Of a stretch of 33,911 nucleotides of DNA, positions 27,768 through 33,911 are shown piece by piece; the first letter of the stretch is position 1, and each line of letters opens with the position of its first letter. A model generated the notes under the pieces. It saw nothing but the letters and a program-made list of their open reading frames with translations. It had not been told where the DNA came from and did no database searches. This DNA is from Candidatus Marsarchaeota archaeon. Its GTDB lineage: Archaea > Micrarchaeota > Micrarchaeia > Micrarchaeales > CABMGC01. Position numbers and translations under genes: made by a program. Where the stretch lies: NCBI GenBank assembly GCA_023379075.1, contig JAMCSO010000041.1:1-33911 (forward strand), read 5' to 3'.

Positions 27768-29088
27768 GCTTGCGCATCGACTCTTTTTTTATCGAATCTT
27801 CGAGGATATTGAGACCTTCGTTAAGTGCACCATCTGAGACTGTCAGCGGAGGTATTATCCTTATAGATGAGAGTCCTGCCGGAAGTAGAACCAACCCGCT
27901 ATAGAATGCGTCTTCTAGTATGCGCGATCTCTCCTCTCCTGCTGGCTCTTTTCCTTTCTTGCTTTTTACAAGTTCTATCGCTATCATTAATCCGATTCCG
28001 CGTACATCCCCTATTATCTCATATTTATCCTGCATCTCAAGAAGCCTTGATATCACATGCTTTCCCTTTTTTTCCACATTCAGCTCAAGACTTCTCTTGT
28101 TTTTAGAGATATAATCGATAGATGCATCGGCTGCGGCTATGGCCAAGAGGTTTCCCCCAAAAGTATTGGCATGCTCGCCTTTCTCGACATTTCCTAGAGA
28201 GAGTTTTGAGATTGTTGCCCCTATTGGAACTCCGCCACCCAATGATTTTGCCATGGTGTATATGTCTGCGCTCACCCCGAAGTGATCTAGCGCAAGGAAC
28301 TTTCCTGTTCGCATATAGCCAGTCTGAATCTCATCTGCGACGAGAAGTATTCCGTGCTTGTCAGCAACTTTCTTCAGTTCTTTGAAGAAGTCTTTTGGAG
28401 GCACGATGTAGCCGCCCTCCCCCTGGATTGGCTCGAAGAATATCGCGGCAACCTCTTCTGGAGGGAGCTCTTTTCCAAGAAGATAGCTCTCAAGATAATC
28501 GATGGCTGCGGAGGAGCATTCCTCTGGAGTGGAGCTCTTGAAAGGACATCGGTAAGGATATGGATAAATAGAGTGAACTATATTTGGAAAAGGCCCGAGA
28601 TGCTTTTTCTGTATCGTCCTTGAGGAAGTTAGGCCAAGTGAACCGAGGGTTCTGCCATGGAAAGAGTTGTAAAAGGAGATTATGTATTGGCGCTTTGTGA
28701 ATATTCTTGATAGCTTTATTGCATCCTCATTTGCCTCTGTTCCTGAGTTTGAGAAAAATACCCTTCCAAATCCTTTTGGGAACATCTTTACCAGCTTCTC
28801 TGCGAAAGAAACTGGCTTTTCAGAATAGAAATCGGTAAACGCAGGATGAATCAGTTTGTCTGCCTGCTTCTTGATGGCTTCGCGGATCTCCTTGTTTGCA
28901 TTGACACCAAGATTATAGACACTTATGAAGCTTGAGAAATCGATGAATTTGTTTCCAGAGACATCATATATATAGTCACCATCGCCGTGATCTGCAACAA
29001 AGGGATAGTGCTCTCGGGTCGTAGTCAACATGACTTTCTGATCGCGCGCGATTATGCGCTTTGCCTTTGAGTCTATTTTTATCTTCAT
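27760..29088 (-). CDS. Class III PLP aminotransferase (4-aminobutyrate/acetylornithine-like)
   Basis: DVSGNKFID, NSGTEANE.AIK, FHGRT.GSL, EPIQGEGG, DEIQTG..RTG, AKSLGGG, NTFGGN, DVRGIGLM; start set at ATG 29088. Confidence 0.92.
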   Translation of the reverse strand: MKIKIDSKAKRIIARDQKVMLTTTREHYPFVADHGDGDYIYDVSGNKFIDFSSFISVYNLGVNANKEIREAIKKQADKLIHPAFTDFYSEKPVSFAEKLVKMFPKGFGRVFFSNSGTEANEDAIKLSRIFTKRQYIISFYNSFHGRTLGSLGLTSSRTIQKKHLGPFPNIVHSIYPYPYRCPFKSSTPEECSSAAIDYLESYLLGKELPPEEVAAIFFEPIQGEGGYIVPPKDFFKELKKVADKHGILLVADEIQTGYMRTGKFLALDHFGVSADIYTMAKSLGGGVPIGATISKLSLGNVEKGEHANTFGGNLLAIAAADASIDYISKNKRSLELNVEKKGKHVISRLLEMQDKYEIIGDVRGIGLMIAIELVKSKKGKEPAGEERSRILEDAFYSGLVLLPAGLSSIRIIPPLTVSDGALNEGLNILEDSIKKESMRKLR

Positions 29089-29152
29089 GATAGCATAGCT
29101 CAACTCATCTTTATATAAGTTACTAAGACAGGAGGATAACAAAAAGTAGATT

Positions 29153-29800
29153 ATGGTGGATAGAAAGAAGCATCTTAAGCGCAGATATGTCTCGTTATTC
29201 TTATTCATGATCTTCCTGTTCGCCATTTTCGCAATGAGTTTACGAGTGCATGGTTCTTGCTGGGAAAAATGCTTTAGGCTGCAATGGCCAGTCTTGGAAT
29301 TGTATGTATTGAATTGATGTAGATAGAGAAAAGGACCAAATACGTCCTGGTTCGGTATAATGACTTGCAGAGTTATTCCTTATTGGAATTATAATGCAAG
29401 TTTATTCGTTTTATTGGAGCATGGTGGCAGGATGCCATGCTGAACTTCGTCCTTATGCTTGAACGCTAATTGGAAGTATTGAATAAATGTTTAGTATCTG
29501 TATACCAGTGGCTTCAGGAGGATGATGCTTGGTTTCTTTCAGTAGTATTGATTATAATCAGCATCATGGCTACAGGACAGAAGTTCAAACATTGCGATAC
29601 TTGCGTGAGATGGTGTTATTACAGCTTCTTTCTTTTTGGTATCTCTGCTGACGTTGGTCAAAAAATATAAGAAAAAGATTCCTGCGATTGGTTATTGCGT
29701 TCCTTTGAATAAACCATCTTGTGGAAATGCTCCCCATAACCACCTTCGGTGTGCAGGAGAAGGAGATAAACTATGATTTTATATTGTATCATTTACAGCG
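29153..29800 (+). pseudogene. Possible decayed membrane-protein gene
   Basis: ATG 29153 gives MVDRKKHLKRRYVSLFLFMIFLFAIFAM..., which stops after 54 aa; further hydrophobic fragments (e.g. 29470-29670) follow; TTTATATAA at 29110-29118. Confidence 0.3.
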
Positions 29801-29833
29801 CCCATGTAGTTAATGCTTCCTGGATGCTGAGAG

Positions 29834-30082
29834 TCACACTTTCTTTGATCTGGGCTGCTGCAGCTCTATCTCCAGAGTCTTTTCCACCATTGACGCATCC
29901 TTTGCATCAATCTTCTCGTTAAGGAACTCTAAGTGCTTTGTATTGCACTTCCTCTCTTTAGGCCTCTTGGCAGTCCTTATCATGACAGTATTGGCATCAA
30001 GTACTGATGTCACGACAGCCTTGGCTCCTGCATCGCGCCCAAACTTCTTTACACACACCCTACCTGCTTCTATCAATGGCAT
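29834..30082 (-). CDS. rpl14e: 50S ribosomal protein L14e
   Basis: MPLIEAGRVCVKKFGRDAG, N.KHLE; follows cmk in the conserved order. Confidence 0.93.
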   Translation of the reverse strand: MPLIEAGRVCVKKFGRDAGAKAVVTSVLDANTVMIRTAKRPKERKCNTKHLEFLNEKIDAKDASMVEKTLEIELQQPRSKKV

Positions 30083-30086
30083 ATTA

Positions 30087-30608
30087 TCACTCAAATCTTT
30101 TTTTAGCCCTCTGGAGGGCAAGCATGGATATCAGGCTGACGCTTTCGCCAACGCTGACTCTCTCAGTATTAATCTCTATATCGAATACACTATGATCATT
30201 TATATCTATTTTGTAAAGCTTCATGAAGTTCTCAGAATTAAAGGAATCCTTCTCGCTTATGTAATCTTCTATCTTAACTTCAGGATCACCTATCTCCTCG
30301 ACCTTTCGCTCAACTCTTGTATTGAATCCTGCAAAGAGCCATACCCTAAGGGTCGGATTTGTTATCATCCATGGAGAGAGCCAGGTGCTCACAACACAAT
30401 CTCCCTTCTCTGCCTCTTCAACTATTTCCTGGTCAAACCTCTTTTCAAAGGCGGGGGTTGCGTTCTTTGTAAAGTTTATGACGTCCTTGACGCTAGACAC
30501 ATGTGCTTTGTGGGTTATCCCTATGTGCTTCACATTAAGGGCTTTTGATAATGCCTCTCCTATTGTAGTCTTTCCTGAACCAGTAAGACCCGAAATACAT
30601 ATTATCAT
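30087..30608 (-). CDS. cmk: Cytidylate kinase, archaeal type
   Basis: MIICISGLTGSGKTT, VWL.A...RV.R, LYKIDIND.S.FD..INT; lies between rpl34e and rpl14e. Confidence 0.88.
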   Translation of the reverse strand: MIICISGLTGSGKTTIGEALSKALNVKHIGITHKAHVSSVKDVINFTKNATPAFEKRFDQEIVEEAEKGDCVVSTWLSPWMITNPTLRVWLFAGFNTRVERKVEEIGDPEVKIEDYISEKDSFNSENFMKLYKIDINDHSVFDIEINTERVSVGESVSLISMLALQRAKKRFE

Positions 30609-30616
30609 CCTAACAC

Positions 30617-30940
30617 TTAATGTGAAATCATCTGCAATACAAAGGCGCGCTCCTTTATCCCTATGCTCTGCATTTTCATCTCTCCATTTTCTATCCTGCT
30701 TGCAAGCTTGATCACATTCCCTGTGCAGTTTGAGCATAGAACGCCGCCAAACTTCCTAGAATTCGATCTGGAGGTCTTTCCCTTTGAAGCAGAGATTGCT
30801 ATACCATTAAGCTCGGTGCTGCATATTGCACAGTGGGGCAAGGAATTGGATCTCCTGCTGTAATGCACTACGTGCCTGCCTTTTGGGCTTTTCTTCTCAG
30901 ATTTTCTGAAACTTCTTGATCTGTGCATGGGCTTTGGCAA
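30617..30940 (-). CDS. rpl34e: 50S ribosomal protein L34e
   Basis: PKPMHRSRSFRK...SPKGR.VVHY, CAIC..EL.G, FGGVLCSNC; TTG start after AGGTG. Confidence 0.92.
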   Translation of the reverse strand: MPKPMHRSRSFRKSEKKSPKGRHVVHYSRRSNSLPHCAICSTELNGIAISASKGKTSRSNSRKFGGVLCSNCTGNVIKLASRIENGEMKMQSIGIKERAFVLQMISH

Positions 30941-30979
30941 AATAAACACCTTGATTAGATAAAAGTTATATTGGGAAAA

Positions 30980-31450
30980 CTATTTATTGCTTCGTGAATT
31001 CTGAGAGGCATTCCCAAATCTCTTCTTGTCCCATGCAAGAAGCGTTGTTGATATTATGAAGCTGAGTACAAATATGATCCCGATAAAGAACGCCTGGTAT
31101 TGCGTTAGCGAGAAGAAGAATATCTTTATGCTTGCTATTGTACCTTTTGGTGTGAGGGTAGGTATTACATAATAATATATGAATATTGATAGTGGGAAAA
31201 GTGCCACCATCGACTTCATCTGGTTCTTAAACTGTTCTGAGAACAGCGCTGTAAGCTCACCATTCTTCTTTGATATATCTTCCTTTGATGCATTAGCCTT
31301 GCTAAGTGCTACAAGCTCATTTGATATGGACTTTAGCCTGGTCTGTATCTCGTATGTCCTTTTAGGATCTGTGAGCTTCCTCTGTATTAGTATTGTTAGT
31401 ATTGCATCAGCTATTGCTATGATGGCAAGCTCTATGAAAATTATTGACAA
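30980..31450 (-). CDS. DUF106 / EMC3-TMCO1 (Oxa1 superfamily) membrane protein
   Basis: TM, coiled coil, two TMs; conserved position between adk and rpl34e. Confidence 0.8.
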   Translation of the reverse strand: MSIIFIELAIIAIADAILTILIQRKLTDPKRTYEIQTRLKSISNELVALSKANASKEDISKKNGELTALFSEQFKNQMKSMVALFPLSIFIYYYVIPTLTPKGTIASIKIFFFSLTQYQAFFIGIIFVLSFIISTTLLAWDKKRFGNASQNSRSNK

Positions 31451-32026
31451 TTAATCACCAAATACTTCCTTTGATATCTTTACGAACTCGTTTACCGATT
31501 CGTTTATTTTGTCCTTTTTGTTTTTTATGATATATATAGGTATGTTTAGATGAAGTGCGAAAGAGGTTATTATTGATAGATTAATTATGCGCTGTTCGTT
31601 TATCTCGTCCTCGCTCTCAGCTTCCCGCTTTCTGCTCGAATCGCTTGCTCTTCTCTCGATTATGTCCTTTGCAAATGCGTCTATGAATATTATTGCCTTA
31701 AGTTCCCTGAGTCCTTCCACTTCATTAAGAGAGAAGCCAGGAACGTACCTGCTGTTGCCCTTGACATACGCATGGGTATCGAGTATTACCTGCGCATCCA
31801 TATTGCTTATATTCGCAAGGGCAGCCTTTCTGGCTAGTAAGATCTCAAAAGAAGACATATACTTTATCTCATCCCTGTTTGTTATCTGTCCTTTTGCTTT
31901 GGCCGCGTTGAGTATCTCTGACCCTATGTTCACAATCTTCCTCTTTGAATCGATCTTTGATATTTCATTGAGGATTGTTGTCTTTCCGGATCCTTGAACT
32001 CCGACAACCATGAGTATTTTTCCCAT
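31451..32026 (-). CDS. adkA: Adenylate kinase, archaeal type
   Basis: VGVQGSGKTT, VNIG, RDEI, ILDTH, Y.PG, RR..D.SR.R. Confidence 0.92.
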   Translation of the reverse strand: MGKILMVVGVQGSGKTTILNEISKIDSKRKIVNIGSEILNAAKAKGQITNRDEIKYMSSFEILLARKAALANISNMDAQVILDTHAYVKGNSRYVPGFSLNEVEGLRELKAIIFIDAFAKDIIERRASDSSRKREAESEDEINEQRIINLSIITSFALHLNIPIYIIKNKKDKINESVNEFVKISKEVFGD

Positions 32027-32053
32027 TCATTCACATTATTTGCATTTTTTGCA

Positions 32054-32080
32054 TTTATATAAAATAAAAAAGAAGAAAGA
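32054..32080 (-). promoter_or_regulatory. T-rich terminator of the thermosome gene merging into a TATA box for adk
   Basis: Minus strand TCTTTCTTCTTTTTTATTTTATATAAA just after the thermosome stop and about 30 bp before the adk ATG. Confidence 0.5.
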
Positions 32081-32085
32081 GCAAA

Positions 32086-33735
32086 TCAGTCAGATTCGCC
32101 CATTCCTGGCATTCCTGGAGGCCCTCCAGCTCCAGACTTTCCTCTTGAACTTATCATGTCGTCGATTCTTAGGATGGCTGCGGATGCCTCTGTTGCGCTT
32201 GCTAGCGCTTGCAACTTGACCTTTAGCGGCTCTATTACGCCAAGCTTCTCCATGTCTGCGATGACATTCTTGTATACATCGATTCCATAGTATTTGCCTT
32301 CTGCGCTCTTATGTTTGCTTCTTAGCTGTACAAGGGTCTCTATAGGATCCATTCCTGCGCTCTCCGCAAGAGCCTTTGGAATCACTTCCAAGGCGTCGGC
32401 GAATGCCTGTATTGCGAGCTGTTCCCTCCCGCCTATGTTTGTTGCGCTTTCCCTGAGCTTTAATGCTATTGCGACTTCCTCGCTGCCTCCGCCGGTTATG
32501 TACTTCCCGTCTTCGACTGCGCTTGTCAATGCTCCAAGAACGTCGTTGAGTGCTCTCTGAATCTCGTCTGTTGTCTGTTTGGCTCCACTTCTTACGAATA
32601 TCGTTACGCTCTTTGGATCTTTGCACTTTTCGACAAATACCATCTGCTCTCCTGAGATCTTCCTCTCCTCCACAAGACCAGCGTATCCAAGGTCTGACTC
32701 TGTCAGATCGTCAAGGCTTGTTATGATCTTCGCTCCTGTTGCCTTTGAAAGCTTCTCCATGTCGCTCTTTTTGATTCTCCTTACTGCAATTATGCCTGCT
32801 TTTGAGAGATAATGTTGCGCTACATCGTCTATTCCCTTCTGTACGAATATTACTGTAGCTTTGCTGTTGGAGATCTTCTCCACCATCGTCTTAAGCATCT
32901 TTTCTTCCTGGGTCAGGAAAGCCTGCATCTGTTCCGGAGAAGTTATTTCTATCCTTGCATCTGTCTCAGTTTTTTCTATCTCTAGGGCAACGTCAAGGAG
33001 GGCTATTTTCGCATCCTTCTTTGACCTTGGCATTCCTGGATGGGATATCTCCTTGTCTATAAGGACACCATTTATGAACTCTGTGTTTTCTATGCTCCCT
33101 CCTTCTTTCTTCTCAACCTTTATGAAGTCTCTGTCTATTACAATTTTTCCATTCCCCCCTTTTGTGGCGACCTGCTTTATTGCCTGTATTGCAAGCTTTG
33201 AGAGGGTTTTCTTTGTCTCATCGGTTCCTATATTCTTTGAACCCAGAGAGATCATTGCGATCCTCTCAAGCTTATCATCATCAGTTATTGATATTGGGCT
33301 TGCTATGCTCTTCAGAGTTTCAATAGAAACACCCTGTGCCATCTCATATCCCTTTATTATTGCGGCTGGAGGAATTCCCTGGTCTAGAAGATTTCCTGCA
33401 TTCTTGAGAAGCTCTCCTGTTATTATTACAGCACTTGTTGTTCCATCTCCTACTTCCTTGTCCTGTGTCTTTGCAATTTCGACCATGATCTTTGCTATAG
33501 GATGTTCAACATTCATCTCTTCGAGAATCGTAGCTCCGTCGTTGGTTATTACTATGTCTCCAAGTTCGCTGACCAGCATCTTGTCCATTCCTTTTGGGCC
33601 AAGTGTCGTCCTTATTATGCTAGCTACTGCGTAGCCTACAGCGATATTTGTCCTCTGTGCTTCCTTTCCTATCAGCCTATTTGCTCCTTCAGGCAATATT
33701 AAGTACTGTTGCCCTCCTAATTGATTCTCTGCCAT
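32086..33735 (-). CDS. ths: Thermosome (group II chaperonin) subunit
   Basis: TTLGPKGMDKML, TNDGATIL, GDGTTS, IPKALAE.AG, ILRIDD, GM-rich tail; start ATG 33735. Confidence 0.97.
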   Translation of the reverse strand: MAENQLGGQQYLILPEGANRLIGKEAQRTNIAVGYAVASIIRTTLGPKGMDKMLVSELGDIVITNDGATILEEMNVEHPIAKIMVEIAKTQDKEVGDGTTSAVIITGELLKNAGNLLDQGIPPAAIIKGYEMAQGVSIETLKSIASPISITDDDKLERIAMISLGSKNIGTDETKKTLSKLAIQAIKQVATKGGNGKIVIDRDFIKVEKKEGGSIENTEFINGVLIDKEISHPGMPRSKKDAKIALLDVALEIEKTETDARIEITSPEQMQAFLTQEEKMLKTMVEKISNSKATVIFVQKGIDDVAQHYLSKAGIIAVRRIKKSDMEKLSKATGAKIITSLDDLTESDLGYAGLVEERKISGEQMVFVEKCKDPKSVTIFVRSGAKQTTDEIQRALNDVLGALTSAVEDGKYITGGGSEEVAIALKLRESATNIGGREQLAIQAFADALEVIPKALAESAGMDPIETLVQLRSKHKSAEGKYYGIDVYKNVIADMEKLGVIEPLKVKLQALASATEASAAILRIDDMISSRGKSGAGGPPGMPGMGESD

Positions 33736-33911
33736 ACGATTCACCTATTTTATTTGGATTAAAATTTAGTTAGGAATTATGTCCAGACCTCCAAGCATGT
33801 TGACTATCGCTTGTTTTCGGAAATATCCTTTAGAATTCAATATAATTATAGTAGATAAGATTTTTATACTTTTCTAATTAAAAAATGCTAGGGACTTGAC
33901 ATTTACATACG

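Noticed and set aside
1..33911. CRISPR array, 16S/23S rRNA, provirus or defence system
   Set aside because: No regularly spaced repeats, large rRNA signatures, or integrase/capsid/defence genes seen by eye.

Overview
Gene-dense archaeal chromosomal segment. A DPANN/Micrarchaeota (ARMAN-like) origin is inferred from the split rpoB and rpoA genes, a tRNA intron at a non-canonical position, a stand-alone 5S rRNA, very tight gene packing and strongly diverged core proteins; it is not proven. Left end (1-5.4 kb): an IS6/IS1-like transposase with nested inverted repeats beside an AT-rich GT-C-like membrane protein, a GT2 glycosyltransferase and a MoxR ATPase. Middle: rpoF-DUF655, rpl21e, an EndoIII-like glycosylase, polyprenyl synthase, 5S rRNA, FNR plus a wHTH protein, a catalytically degenerate secretion ATPase, cofactor genes (lipA, folC, DHFR-like, ribL), an MFS transporter, a KaiC-like/HPP/MscL cluster (mscL frameshifted), tRNA-Ala(GGC) with a 34-nt T-loop intron, and an Sm protein. 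Right: the rpoH-B''-B'-A'-A'' operon, pyrBI, a class III aminotransferase, adk-DUF106-rpl34e-cmk-rpl14e and the thermosome. Main anomalies: (1) the 5' part of rpoA1 carries a length-preserving, 28-bp perfect inverted copy of an internal rpoA1 segment, creating an in-frame TAG in an essential gene (template-switch event or artefact); (2) the RNA polymerase bridge helix and trigger loop are unusually divergent.
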